A stretch of DNA of 64,000 nucleotides from Octopus sinensis (GCF_006345805.1 NC_042997.1:3596001-3660000), one strand, 5' to 3'. Shown: positions 14,419 through 28,349, counted from the first letter of the stretch. The notes: generated from the letters alone by a model not told the origin. A program made the numbers and translations.

Positions 14419-14592
14419 ATATTATATATATACACTTGGAATAGGAAGCGTGGTGTTCAATCATATTATAATAAAAATATATATGCATACATACATACGT
14501 ATATGTACACACTTACATCGATACATGTATGCATATATATATATATGTATATATGTATGTATGTGTTTATATGTATATATGCATATATATTG

Positions 14593-15806
14593 ATTGGGTT
14601 GTCCGGAAAGTACGTGCCGATGTTTAAAGGAAAGAAAAAAGGTCAATAAATACTTCCCATTACATTTTTAATCAACCAAATATGAAATATTTCGTTGCAC
14701 AATGCCTCTCCATCTTAGCTTTAACCTAAAAATACCGTCTTCCCGAAATCGAGGTGGTTTCATGGCAAAGAATTCATCAATGTATCTTCTTACGTCATCC
14801 AAGGAATTGAAATTTTTACCATTAAGACTATTCTGCAGAGACCTGAATAAGTGGAAATCCGAAGGAGCAATATCTGGAGAATATGGAGAGTGGGGTAACA
14901 CTTCCCAGCCAAGCAGCTGCAACTTTTGCCGGGTTCCCTAAGAAACGCGCGGTTTTGCATTATCATGTTGGAAAACAACATCCTTCCTGTTGACCAGTTC
15001 TGGACGATTATCTTGAATTAATTGTCTGGTTACTTTGGAGAAGCTCATAGTACAGAATTGCTTTCCAATTCCACCAGACACAAAACAAGACTATTTCAGG
15101 GTGAAGACCCGCTCTTAGAGGAGTTAAGGGTGGCTCATGTCGCTTACACCACGATCGCTTTCTCTGAACATTTCGGTAGATAATCCATTTCGCATCGCAT
15201 CATTTTGCTTTAAATAGGCGCGTTTTCATTCCGTTTGTAAGCCAAATCACAGATAAGCATGCGGTCCAAAAGTTTCTTTCCTCTCAACTCATGTGCTACC
15301 CAAACAACGTAACGATTTTGTGTACTCAAACTTTACCAGGTGCTCATGAACGACGGATTTTGATAGGTTGATACTTTCTCCCAATTCTCGGGTTGTGCAA
15401 TGTGGGTTATTCTCAATTAATGACTTGATTTGGTCATCATCTGAAGTGGATAGTCTGCCTGATCACTCTTTATCAATAAGGCTACAATCTCCAGCTCGGA
15501 ACCTTGCAAATTACTTCCGTAGAAATATTTCGGTTAAAGAAACATCACGCGTAAACTGCACATATTTCTTTGGTTGCTTGTGAGGTATTTTTCACTTTAC
15601 GAAAATGAATTTCTTATCTTCCATTTTAAAGGGTTACAGAATTAACAGAGGTTATAGGAACATAAACCTTCTTCCACGAAAAGATAGCTTAAACTGAAGT
15701 CTCAATTGAGGTGTAGTCAAATCCTTTTTATGGACTCAAACATGTTCTCAAATAAGTCGAAGAGCAAGCTACTATAAATCGGTACGAAGTCTCCGGACAA
15801 CCCAAT
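14593..15806 (-). mobile_element. Mariner transposon (mellifera-like), ~1.2 kb, defective transposase
   Basis: ~29 bp imperfect TIRs: attgggttgtccggaaagtacgtgccgat (14593-14621) and atcggtacgaagtctccggacaacccaat (15778-15806). ORF 14668-14922 reads GWEVLPHSPYSPDIAPSDFHLFRSLQNSL. Confidence 0.9.
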
Positions 15807-15855
15807 ACATATGTATATGTACATACTTATAGCTATAGGTATATATAAATATATA

Positions 15856-15891
<36 letters not shown>

Positions 15892-16520
15892 TACATATAT
15901 GGGCTGGGGACGTCACGAATTGTGTGCAACAAAAGGTACGAAATACGAGTACATGGAATATGAACATGTTTTTCGAACAACGAAAGACACAGATGGAAAA
16001 CAAGAAAGCAATTACAACGACCCTTCATCAGTTTTTGGCTCTTTTTCTACATTCGTATTTAGAACATTTCACAGCAATATACGCTTTCGATAGATCACCT
16101 GACACACAAAGCAAATTTTATAAAATTTGTGATGTTACGGATGATCAAAATTCGTACCACAAACAAGAGAGTGAAAACAAACAGGAATGGCTGCAAGTCC
16201 TAAACGAAGTTGTGGTGGCAAACGCGTAAATCAAGCTTGGACACCAGACAAACAAGAACACATATTCCTTGTTTCAGTTAAAACGGAGAGAAAGAAAAAC
16301 AAGTTTGAGAAAGAAAGATGGCCGATGGTCAGAAGGGAGCCACGTGAGCAAGGTAGAAGAAGTGAGAGAGAGAGAGAAAGAGTGTAATATTTGGAGAAGT
16401 GCAGGAAAAGGTATAAGAGTGAGAAAGAGAGAAAAATTTAAGTGTAAAAGGATCGTATAGGTGCGCTTCAGAATTATTAAGATAAAACAATTGGTAGAGG
16501 TTACGTGGCGTTCAATCTTA

Positions 16521-16557
<37 letters not shown>

Positions 16558-17387
16558 ATACTTACATGTATCCGTATATGTACATACATCTACAGACGTA
16601 CATATATATTATTATACGACGGCAATGAATTTACATTTTCTATATGAGTGTGTATCTTAAAAACATGCATCATCACGACAGACACCTTCGCTCACTCACT
16701 CACTCACTCACTCTATCTCTCTCCTTCTCTCTTTCTTGCACACCTATCTTTTTCTTTTTCACTCTCTCGCACTCAGACACACAAGTCCTTTTCATATACA
16801 CGTACATACATCTTTGACTTTGTCGTTTCCTTCACTTTCTACTCTCTCTTCCCTTTTCGCGTCCTCTTTTCTTTAAATTTCTGCTCTCTTCAAAGCATAA
16901 AGAAATAGAATTTTACGGAGTGACCTACTGAAACGCAGAATGAGAAAAATACAGAGACAAGAGAAGGAAACAGACAGAAATCAAGTTTCCGTGGAAGTTG
17001 AAAGACGGATAGCGGGTCAGAGACAGACGCTGATGTTTCATAACCTATGTATATTCCATAGTTTAAAGTGAAAGCCAGCCAGCACAAAATTGATTTTGTA
17101 TGTTCTATAGGTTACGGTAAAAAAAAAAGCGAGCGCAATGACAGGTAGAAATTGGGAGAGAACCCCAGAAATGAGGTCATGTCGTACAAGTTTAAGGTCA
17201 TTTTTATTTTGCTTCTATGTTTCGCGCGTACGAATAATTAGGCGTAATCATTCTCTTTCAATTTCTCATTGTAATGTACGGAGACCTAATTTTGTCATCT
17301 TATTACAACTTCACTACATTTCCTTCTTTTGGAATTAGAAATGTATGCAAAAATAACTTCCTTTGGCACACACACACACACACACAC

Positions 17388-17427
<40 letters not shown>

Positions 17428-17479
17428 TCTGTAAGAATTATATTATTTTTTGCTGTGAATTAAATTACAGTTGAAATCC

Positions 17480-19674
17480 TCTGGGCGTTACCTTTTTCTA
17501 TTCTGTAATTCTTGTTTGTGACGAGCGTATTTCAAAACCTCATTTCCATTTAAACTTATAAGGAAGTTATCTCAATAATCCTGTCCTTTACATGTTGTTT
17601 CTAGCATGTCCGAGATGACAATTACGTACCCCATCCCCGCTTATTTCTTTCCTCAATTTACTCCCATTCCTATATTTTCTGTGCGGAAGATTCTCATTTC
17701 GACCAAAAGCGAGTAGCTGATGGGTATTATTTCAGAAAAAAATAAATTTTCGAAATCAAATTCTATTTCCCACATTCATAATCTCTGTATTTTTCCACGT
17801 GCAAAAGAAAAAAAATCGAAAGTCAATTAAAAATTAGGAAATCTAGGCGGGAAGAGGGTGAGAATTATAATTTTAAAAACATGTTTCCTGTACAATGTCC
17901 TATTAACCCCATTTTAATCCATGAAATAATACATAGTTTGTGATCCACTTTCATGCAAATTTTACACCCCACCACCATTACTTCTTGATAAGCAATAACT
18001 TCATTACGCTAGTAATCCGCTCCACTATATATCAGCTAACAGAATGCATTATGCTTATCAACACAGAACATAGCTAAATCATTCACAGTTTACCGCTTCT
18101 TATAATGATATAAAGCGGACATATGGCTTTTTCTACAACTTTTCATTCTTTACTAGACAATTTCATTATAAAAGGCACAACTTCAAATTGGTATGTCTTT
18201 CATCTTATATGTTCCTTAATCGCTTGCACTTTTCAGCCATGCCAACAAACTGAAGACATTCTAATTGATCCCACAAACAAGGGCCGCAAAGAAAACTGCT
18301 TCTATTTGTGCTCAAGGAAACTCACTTTCGCGATGACTAATTCTTTAATATGTCAAAGCAACACCCTAGATAGGTCACTATGGGCTATTACAAACAATAT
18401 TGCCGTTATGGGGGACTTAACTGTTGTCCTAGCTGGGGATGTCTGTCAAATATGATATATATGCCTGTCTGAAGTCTTCACCTCTATAGAGGTTTGTTCA
18501 TGAGCTTTCCTTAAGCAGCAATATGCAAGCTCATCTATACAATGACCACTTAGCTGAGCAATTCTTTCATCATTTCTACACATTGGAAATGGTGCCGTTA
18601 CTATATGGACACATGGTGTTTACATTAGCCGAGCTTAAAGGAAAGGTATTTCGCACGTTGCAAGACAACTTCAAAAACATAGCATAGCTTGCAGAGTGAG
18701 CTATTTTAGCACCTCGCAATGAAAAGTAAACCATGAACACCTCCAGATTCTACCTGGAGATGCTTCAACATTTGTCTCCATTTATTCTATCATCGACGAA
18801 CATGCCACTGTTTAGTACCTAGTTGAATTTCTCAACTCTCTAAAACCCACCACACTACCACCATATTAGCTGTTCCTAAAGAAAGGTCCACCTATAAAGT
18901 TCTTCAGGAATTTGAATCCACCACGGCTATGCAATGGTATAACATTGACTGTAACTACAATGACAAGTCATGTCTTACATGCAACCATTATTGCCGGCTG
19001 TCATCGAAGATAGATCCCATACATTCCACACATGCCCCTTATATCCTCAAATGTGCCATTTTATTTCAAGCGCCTCCAGTTCCCTGTACAAATGTGCTTC
19101 GCTATGACAATCAACAAATCCACGGTCGAAATTAAAAAATTGTGGCTCCCATTTTAAAAATACCCTGCTTTTCTCATGGACAACTATATGACGCATGCTC
19201 TCTAGTTAGCAGTGCAGATGACTTGTAACTTTATTCTACCAACACTGGATTTATGCAAAACAGTTTATCCAGAAATATTGTCAGCTTCACTTAATATATG
19301 CTGAAGTTTGCAGTCCGCCTAAACATTACCGAGATGATGCTTTTCACAATAAAGCAGCTTTCTTTCTATGTACCTTACTTTCTGCAATTCGGATACCTCT
19401 ACGTTCACATACCTCATCAAATTCTATAAATCCGTAAGGCTAGGTCATTTGGGAGGTAATGTTAGAATTTCATTTTAATCTAAGCTGCTATTCTTCATGT
19501 TTTTGGTGTCAACAATTTAAGCATTGCTCATCACGAAATAACCAAAAATATGTTCATAAGGAAGCGTTGTTTTCTTCACACTCCACATGTGCTGATTCTG
19601 CCCATACGGAAAAACAAGTAATATAATGTGACCGTAGGTCATAAGACCCGGGCAACGCCGGTATGCATTGCTAG
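17480..19674 (+). mobile_element. Helitron relic (PIF1-type helicase fragments plus 3' terminus); 5' boundary uncertain
   Basis: LDRSLWAI...VVLAGD (18365-18440), FKRLQFPVQMCFAMTINKS (19065-19121) and FSHGQLY (about 19170). A terminal hairpin cccgggcaacgccgg (19647-19661) is followed by CTAG (19671-19674). Confidence 0.85.
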
Positions 19675-19759
19675 CACGCAATATACATATACATAATACA
19701 AATACATATACTTTTCTATTATACTTTTATTTGGTTTATTCATTTGAGTGCGGAGATGG

Positions 19760-19951
19760 TGGAGCACCGCTTTTAGTCGAAAAAATGGACCCCAGGACTT
19801 ATTCTTTGTAAGTCTACTACTTATTCTATCAGGCACCTTTGCCGAACCGCTATGTTACGGGTACATAAACACACCAGCATCGGTTGTCTAGCAATGGTGG
19901 GCTTACAAACACAGAGACACAAACACAAACATACATACATACATATATACA

Positions 19952-19980
<29 letters not shown>
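19760..19980 (-). mobile_element. SINE family B, 3' part only
   Basis: ggagcaccgct...cttattctttgtaag...gccgaaccgctatgttacggg...acaaacacagagacac matches the 40394-40774 copy. Confidence 0.8.
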
Positions 19981-19984
<4 letters not shown>

Positions 19985-19986
<2 letters not shown>

Positions 19987-20196
19987 ATTCAAAATGTGAC
20001 CGCGTGTGTACCGTTGGCGATTTTTTCCTCCGTCTTCCCTTCGTTGGATCTTTCCTTTTCTTATGTTTCTGACAAAGAGCTCTGCTCGAAACGTTGAACC
20101 CTCCTTCCTTCCTTCTTTCCTGAGCGTCCAATAATACTATACTTGTTCCACGTCCTCGCGTTGTTGTCTTTTCTCCCTGTGTTTTCATGTTTGGAT

Positions 20197-20198
<2 letters not shown>
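19985..20198 (+). mobile_element. ~210 bp non-coding PLE-terminus-like element with hammerhead, inserted in (TA)n
   Basis: Flanked on both sides by TA-rich dinucleotide tracts, contains the HHR at 20065-20099 and ends ...tttggattaactatata. Confidence 0.6.
20065..20099 (+). ncRNA. Minimal type-I hammerhead ribozyme with G8-to-A core substitution
   Basis: gttt CTGACaA a GAGC tct GCTC GAAA CGT T gaac. Stem I is gttt/gaac, stem II is GAGC/GCTC, and stem III is the palindrome ACGT. Confidence 0.6.
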
Positions 20199-20258
<60 letters not shown>

Positions 20259-21028
20259 GAGAGAGAGAAAGAGAGAGATAAATATATAGAGAAAGAGAGG
20301 AAGATAGGTTATAATGGTAAAGGTGTCAGTAAGACCATCTATTTTCATTCCTCCACTTCACTCTCTATTTTGTATCATATCTAAATTAACTATTGCTTAA
20401 CCATTTTCTCACACCGTTTACAAACAGCTGTAAGACCTTCTATTTATAAATGTTATAAAACGTTTACAGCCTTGTTTTTTTTTTATCCCATTCTGAAATA
20501 TATATATATATATATAGTGATCCGAGTGTATGAAGTTATTCAGCTTCAAGCAGTGAATGGCAATCATAGAGAACAATATGTGGACAGTATGTAATAAGAA
20601 ACAATAACAATAAGAGTTACACACATTTGCCATATAGAGGTTGCGGAGAATTTCAAGCAGATTTTTTTCTGTATAGCTTACAATGGTAGAAAATAAATAA
20701 ATAAATTAACTTTACAAAAATGGAATTGTCAAAAAGTACGTAAAGGGAAAGGCTGTACTCTAAACATACAGGCGCCAGAGTGGTTTTGAGTTGAGGAGTA
20801 GGAAGAAAATGAGATAGAAGGGATGAAAGAAAGAGTAAATCGGAAAGATAAATTAATTGCCCATGGTAGTGGGTGGGAGGAATTAAACATTGTGCTTATA
20901 AACCTTTATCCAAGAGAGTTGACGACTAGATTACCGAATACTATAATCCATTGTTTGTAAGAGTTCATGGGGTAGTATTCGCTCTGTAGCAGTAGAAAGT
21001 ACCAGCACAGACAAAATATGTGTACGTG

Positions 21029-21425
21029 TTCTTCTACTCTAGGAAGAAGGCCTGAAAGTTTTGGGGAGAGGTGTAGTCGATTAGATGGACTCCACTACGC
21101 AACTGGTACTTAATTCATCGACCCGAAAGGATGAAAGGCAAAGTCGACCTCGGCGGAATATGAACTAGGAACGTAGAGACAGACGAAATACCTATATCTT
21201 TACTACCCACAAGGGGTTAAACACAGAGAGGACAAACAAGGACAGACAAACGGATTAAGTCGATTATATCGACCCCAGTAAGTAACTGGTACTTATTTAA
21301 TCGACCCCGAAAGGATGAAAGGCAAAGTCAACATCGGCGGAATTGGAACTCAGAATGTAGCGGCAGACGAAATACCGCTAAGTATTTCGCCGTCGTGCTA
21401 ACGATTCTGCCAGCTTACCGCCTTG
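21029..21425 (-). mobile_element. Two adjacent family A SINE copies (21029-21193 partial; 21198-21425 with variant tail)
   Basis: Both contain atcgacccc?gaaaggatgaaaggcaaagtc. The second ends ttctgccagcttaccgccttg, which is the head on the minus strand. Confidence 0.85.
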
Positions 21426-22299
21426 TCGAACACAAATATCGCTAACGTGTATATGTATTGCGATGTAGATCTGCAGGGCGTTTGTATTGGCACCTTGTAT
21501 TTCTGCAGAGCGAATACATCCAGTTATATATGGAATAAATTCTTACATCCATTTATATATGACATAAAATCTCCACAATTCTCCAATTAATTGTATATTG
21601 TGTGTAGTTGGTCGTCAAACCCCGTGCGTTGCAAGCCAACTTAGTGCTTTGGTTTTGTTGATATGCAATTTTTTTTTTTTTTTTACCGCACGTTTCTACT
21701 CAACCTTTGCCTCCTCAGTCTCCTACTTGCATCTACTTTATCGCCTCTTTTCGTGGTTTATTATGTACCGGTGTCAAGTGATTCAAACAGGATGTGCCAT
21801 GTGCCCAGAGCCAGAAGAAACTTTGGAAACACAACGCATGCTATAGAAAATGTGCCTAAATTTGTTTTTCAATGGAAAAAAAAAAACTATGACTGGCTCT
21901 TATTTTAATACCATGTAAATTAAAGTATGTCTATATCTCGCAGGATGGTGTATAATTTTGTTGATCCTAACGTAATGGAACAGTAGACTATGTATACATG
22001 TATGCATGTATACACGTTGTACACTGAAGTGAAAATAATTAATAACAGTTTAAAATACTTCAAATAGTACATTCCAGGTTTGCACATCCCCTACATAAGA
22101 CCTTCTTCAGTTGAAATATTTCAAGATATGAACAAGTTGATGTAAATATCTCAATATACATGATCAGAGCTGTTACTTATTGAACTAGTGTATAATACCA
22201 GAATTATTCAAAATAACAGGAAATGTATATGTGTGTGCGTGTGTGTGTCTGTCGGTGTGACTCGTGTATATGTGTGTGTTCGTGTGTGCGTATGTACGT

Positions 22300-22385
<86 letters not shown>

Positions 22386-22776
22386 GGAGAGAGTGTATGT
22401 GTGTGTGTGTGTTCTGGAGAGAGAGAGGGGGAAGAGAGAGAGGCATACATACGTACACGTATTCAGACACAGACATAAACAGAGAAAATACTACATAAAT
22501 TTAGAACCAAGTATCAAAAAAAATTATAGTATGATTCAGATTTGATCGAGTTTCATCAAAGATGTCGCTAAACAATACCGCTATCAATAAGTATAAAAAT
22601 CAACAATGAAACTGTACTCATTAACCGAAGAAATTCAACTTACTACCGCAATGACAAGTTTACGATTGCTAACAACATAACATTGTTGTCCCCTACGTTA
22701 TTGACTTTACCCGCCATCTGCATTTGGAGTTTCGAAAACAAAGATATGAACCTGTTGGTTAGTGTTTGTATAGGAT

Positions 22777-22990
22777 TAAGGCGGTGAGCTGACAGAATCG
22801 TTACCACTCTGGGTGAAATGCTTAGCGGCTTTTCGCCTGCCGTAGCGCTCTGAGTTCAAATTCCTCCGAGGTCGACTTTGCCTGTCATACTTTCAGAGTC
22901 GATAAATCAAGTACCAGTTGAATACTGGAGTCAATGTAATCGACTTGCCGCTTTCCTCAAAATTTCAGGCCTTGTGCCTATAATAGAAAG
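22777..22990 (+). mobile_element. tRNA-derived SINE, family A
   Basis: taaggcggtgagctgacagaatcgtta...gagttcaaattcc...aaatttcaggccttgtgcct. Confidence 0.9.
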
Positions 22991-23730
22991 CAGTATTTGC
23001 ATAGGATTACGCTTTTATATAAACTGACACTTTGCGAAATTACACACAGAAGCATACGTATCTCTCTCGCTCACCGTCTCTCTATCTCTCTGTCCCTCTT
23101 CCCCTTCTCTCTCTCTCTCTCTGTCCGTCTTGCCCCCCTCTCTCTCTCGCTCTCATGATCTCATCCTCCATCTCTACACATTTCCTTCATTCTCTCCGTC
23201 TTTCCTTTCTCACCAACATTAAATCTGTCGCTGTCGCTCTTACATAAAACACACACACACACACACACACACACATTCACAAACGTGCAAATAGTAGCTC
23301 GCGCGCGCGTACATGTGTGCGTGCGTGTGCGTGCGTGTGCGTTTGTGTGTGTGTGCGTATGTGTGTGCATGCTTATTTGTAATTGTATGTTCATGTGATT
23401 GTGTTTAAAGCAAATTTGCTGTGATGTGGGGAATGTTGTGATTGTTAGTAGGAAAGCTTACGGTCAGCGCTGCTGCTAGGTAAGAACTAAGATTCGTAAT
23501 TGATAAAATTGATCGCGACTACAACGACATCACCACCGCGACTCACGTGACAACTTCACGACAACGACGACGGCGGCGGTTGTTGTTTTTCCACATTGCA
23601 GAAAAGATATTCATGATGATTTTACTTGATGACAGTCTTGTTTGTGCTGGTGATCATAGGTAGTCGTGTTTGTGAAGATGTTTATAATAATAATAATAAT
23701 AATAATAATATTAATAATAATAATAATAAT

Positions 23731-24180
23731 AAATATTCTGCTCAATACCACAGATTTGCTTGTCAGTTGCTTGACCTTAACCAGTTGAGCATGTCCCTTA
23801 GTGGCTGACGATATGTGCATCTCTGATCACGAGCAGAAGTAGTGGGGGAGCATCATAGCCATGTGTTGAGAGGGATTCTTTGGGGTTTGAGTAATTCACC
23901 TCTGGAAACATGGGTGGTTCTTTCAACATCCTTAAACAACCCTTATTCAGGGACCTTTGAGCGGGATGGGCTACTCAACCTGAAGAAAATTCTAACTGGG
24001 CCCCACCTGCAAGGTCATGTGCTGTTTATCTTGATATGAGATCACCATGTCGCGCACATATGGTTGTGATGCATGTGCCTGGTGTACCTTTATCAGACGG
24101 GTAGTCATGATGGGTATATTGGGCTTCGTATATTTTACCCCAGTGTCACTTTGATGGCATGAACTGCTCTCTCACTCAAT
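23731..24180 (+). mobile_element. Family C non-coding interspersed element, 5'-truncated, flanked both sides by (TAA)n
   Basis: Reverse complement of the copies at 40947-41465, 41670-42208, 59640-60105 and 60310-60867. It ends ctctctcactcaat(aat)n. Confidence 0.85.
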
Positions 24181-24698
24181 AATAATAATAATAATAATAA
24201 TGATAATAATAATAATAATAATTCGAATGATAACGACGATGGTGTTACTGATGCCCATGATGACGTCAGTGAAAATTTTGCTACTGCGTATGTTCTTCGC
24301 TGCTTGTGCTTCTGTAACACAAGTAACAACAAAACAACAACGATTTCTGCTGCTGCTGCTGCTGCTATTGATGCTACTGCTAATATTACTACTGCTGCTA
24401 TTGCTGCCATATCGCGGCTGTTGCTCTGCTGCTGCTGACGCTGCTACCTTACCTGGTGTTGCAGCCACCAGAACAGAAGAATAAACCACCTGACAAATAT
24501 TACCACTCTGACTTTCACCGTTCCCGCTGCTCTTACTGCTGATACTCTTCCACCTCCTCCTCCTCCTCCTGCTCTTCCTCCCCCCTACTACAACTACCAC
24601 TACCACCACCATTACTAGTACTGCCGCTGCTACTACTACTACTACTAATACTACTACTACTACTACCACCACTACTACTACTACCACCACCACCACTG

Positions 24699-24729
<31 letters not shown>

Positions 24730-24750
24730 AGTTGCTGCTGCTGCTGCTTC
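24180..24750. repeat. Compound degenerate trinucleotide array (TAA/CTG/CCT/CTA)
   Basis: Direct reading. It produces homopolymeric ORFs in several frames. Confidence 0.85.
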
Positions 24751-25135
24751 AGCCGTTGTAGATTTTTATTCTTCGCGTTGGCACAAGCGGTTCTGTGACG
24801 GACGAAAGACTTCTGGTATATGTATATTCTAGCTCTCTACATTCCGGGTTCAAATCTTGCCGACGTCAAATTTCTCTTTTCTAATTCTAATGTTCACATA
24901 GGAAAAGTCCCTCCAATTAAAGAATAGAGGGTATCGATAAACACATTTCGTTCACAGAAGCTTGCCTTGTGCGTAATTTAAAATAATTATTATTACACAC
25001 TGTATATTTATCTTTTAAATTTTAACATATTTATTTATCATTTCTCAATACGTAAATCTCCACAATTTATGTCTGTCTTAGCATTCTGATCCACTTCTTT
25101 CGCCCTTCTCGAACATAAGTGAAATTATTATTATT

Positions 25136-25166
<31 letters not shown>

Positions 25167-25379
25167 ATGATGATGATGATGATGATGATTATGATGTTGT
25201 TATTAATGCGGAAATGAAAAATTTAGCCAGTGTTAGGGAAGAGGCTATTTGTCGAGAAATTGGTTGGAAACGAAAAAAGCAGGCACCATCCCATACAGGT
25301 CCATCCACGAAAATCTCCTCCTCATGTGCTAAATTGTGGATATAGTAGTCAAGAAACCCGGCATTGGTGGAGCTCTCAT

Positions 25380-26985
25380 CAATTTAGTTCAGTCGAAAGC
25401 CTTTCATAAGGTTGACCATCAATACATGCTGGATGTCTTCGTGGCTGCCGATTTCGGTCCGCTTTTCCGCTGTTAGATCGATGCCATGTACAGCGAATCT
25501 GCTCGTCAGTCCGAGTGAATGATCATCTATCGGAACCATTGATGATTGAGCGTCCGGTCCGTCAAGGCCCACTCGCGTCCCTTCTGTATGTACCCTCAAT
25601 CCATCACTTCGGAAAATGGAGAACTTTGGACGGTCGGGAGAGAAATTTTCTCAGGACCTAACCTCGACGTAGAGAAGAAATAAAGCGAGGTAATGATCAG
25701 GGTAGGCAGTCTCACGCAGGAAAGGTCCCAGAGGAAAATTTGTTTTAGTCATCTACTGCCGACTCACTGCCTTGACTTGCTCCAGTTAATACCTGGTCAA
25801 GCTGGAGTGTTTGCTTTGCTGCCTCTTACGGAAGGGACGGACTCTGCTGTTCATGCACTCCATTTTCTGGTAACACCCTATGAAGGGTGGCATGGGTACG
25901 CCGTGGCTATTGATGCTCAGATATATTCTGAGGCTGCGGCATATCGGCGTTTTTATTTTTTGACGACGTTGAGTAGATGTTTATCAGATTCACTTTCCGC
26001 ATTTCGTGTCTTTGACTGAGCTGCAATCTTGAATCAACGTAGACCTAGGCAGTGCGTAGGTCTACAAACTTGAATGAAGCATAGACCTGGGCACCTTGAG
26101 TGTTGCAAGGCGCTCATGCTCCGCAGCCTGTCGGACAATGTGGTTAGTGGAAGTTCGACTGTGGCGTTGTATAGAGTGGTAGTGGTGAGAGGAAACGATG
26201 ATGTTCTTGGAGAAACTCTAGGCATCGATTAATTTCAACTCACTATTCCGTTCAGGCCGGTGTCTATGGATAACGTCCAGAAATCCCTGGCCTGGCAGTG
26301 CTATAAGGAACTTTGCATTTTCGAGATGAATTCTACAGGTACAGAAGTGTGGTCACTCGACCCTGCTTGAGATTGGCGCAGCGCGAATAAATCATTCTAC
26401 ACGCAATCGTCTCATGCTCGAACATTTGTGTAAAACGTGTCCACTTATCAGCTGATTCCGTCATGAACATTGCCCCACCCACTTCCTTTAGCTGGTAGTA
26501 GAAGGCAATTTCTATCTGTCTCATGGCTGTATCGAAAGAGATCCTGTGGTGGTCTAGACTGAAATGGTTAAAGACAAATACTTTTCTCTTTGGCCTACCT
26601 CTCATCAACCTTTTCAGATACCATCTGAAACGGAGAGTGAGGGTTGAGAGAGAAGTGCTGACTACCAAAAATTTTGATAAATAGTGAGTGAATGTGGGGA
26701 AGAAGGTATGTGTCAACGGGCCTACTTGGAGCAGGCGCTTTTGAGTTTCCAAGGCTGAGAGAGAGACAGAGAGAGAGAAAAAAAAAATTGGAAAGAAGAC
26801 TGTTGCCCTAGTGGTTGTGGCTCTTATTGATTTTTCGTCTTGCGTGCCTCTTCTAGGTATTTTTGTTATATTTTCAATTGTGATAGACATTTTACACGAC
26901 ACTTTAAGTAAACCCACTTTGTACTTTATGTTTTGTAATGTCCAATCTTATTGTTGTCCGCCCTTGTGGCTAACAAAGGCAGGAT
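25380..26985 (+). mobile_element. Tx1/L1-clade LINE relic (RT, zinc-finger-like region, 3' UTR)
   Basis: NLVQSKAFHKVDHQYMLDVFVAADFGPLFRC*IDAMYS and RSVKAPLASLLY match the L1/Tx1 RT motifs DQxKAFDRVDH and RQGCPLSPLLY. The region is GC-elevated and ends gtggctaacaaagg. Confidence 0.75.
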
Positions 26986-27460
26986 TATTATTATTGCTAT
27001 TATGACTGTGAAGTCACAGATATTTGTGCTGCGTGTTGAAAAAGAAATTAATATTTTTGTCTTTCTAAGGTATCGTCTTTACATTTATGTCGTTATCATT
27101 ACATTTCTAAGATCATCTGGACATTGGACATAGTACTTTAGTGTTGAAACACCCACTCTTCAGTAGGTTTGGCGCTTCAATAATTTTTGTATTTCAGCTG
27201 ATTTCTACAAATAAAAATATTTTGAAATTTTCTGTAATTATTTATAGATGGTTGAAAAAGAAACCATCATTATGTCCAACAAAGAAACACGCTTCTTGTC
27301 GAGAAATATTGAGAACAAGGAAAGACTTTAGGATATGAATATTTAATGGCCTAAACTTAATGATGTCCCCGAGGCAAAAAATATTTCGTCTCTAAGCAAT
27401 GTCAGCATTTTCGGTGTCGACAACAGCAGCTGTGGCAGCAGCAGCAGCACCACCACCACC

Positions 27461-27492
<32 letters not shown>

Positions 27493-28349
27493 CAACAACT
27501 ATAGAGACAACAAGTCGAAAGAATTAAAACAGAAATACGCAAATGTGAGAAATATGGAAAGATTTCATATAGCTGGAGACGATTTAATATTGAGAAGAAA
27601 AATTGTAAAATTAGATGGGAGAGTGTTAGCTCTACACTTTCAATCTGACATGATAGAAAATATCGCAAGGTACACGGCAACATGAGGATGTATCGAAATC
27701 AATTCTCTGAGCGTGAAGTACAAAGATGACGTGGGTGCGTGTTGGAACAGTAGCATCACATCATCTGGATGAAAGAAGTTTGAAAGTACTGAGCGTAGAT
27801 TTGGGACAGAAGAAGAAGCTAAATGTAATTCTGCAACCACTTTTAGGAATGAGAAGTGTTAATCCCGAGTTATGGCAGCCAACTACTTGCCAAGACAAGA
27901 GTGCTGAATGTGCCACCAGAAATATCAACTAGATGGCTAGTGGCAGCCGTCTTGACAGGTTTAGAAGTAGACAAAGGTACAATGTTGGAGATAAAGTAAC
28001 TACCTAAGCAAAACGTGTTAGGTCTAAGTACTGACCTTGCAACGCAAGTAAAGTCATATCGACTAATCGATCTCGGAGATGGTACCCACCTATCAGTGTT
28101 CGTGGAGGGTAGAAAGCTAAGAACGCAGGCATGTGGTTCTGTAAATCACTTAAAGTCTTTATGCCCTGAAACAATGAAAAATAAACTCCCACTGCTGCCA
28201 ACTTTTCAAACACCACAAGTGCTCAAGACCCCCACCTACTCGCACATCCATGCTCACATACACTCACAAACGTACACAAAGAAGCAGTTGTGTGTCAATT
28301 TGTGTGACTTCGTTTATGCATTTGATTTTCCTCTGCCTTAGTGTTTATT

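Noticed and set aside
23800-23860. CTGACGA in family C as a possible hammerhead core
   Set aside because: It is followed by GAAG rather than GAAA, with no proper stem II and no NUH cleavage triplet.
27418-27505. QQQ-HHH-QQQ stretch resembling a transcription-factor low-complexity region
   Set aside because: It is closed by a stop right after the repeat, with no surrounding ORF. It is a compound CAG/CAC/CAA microsatellite.
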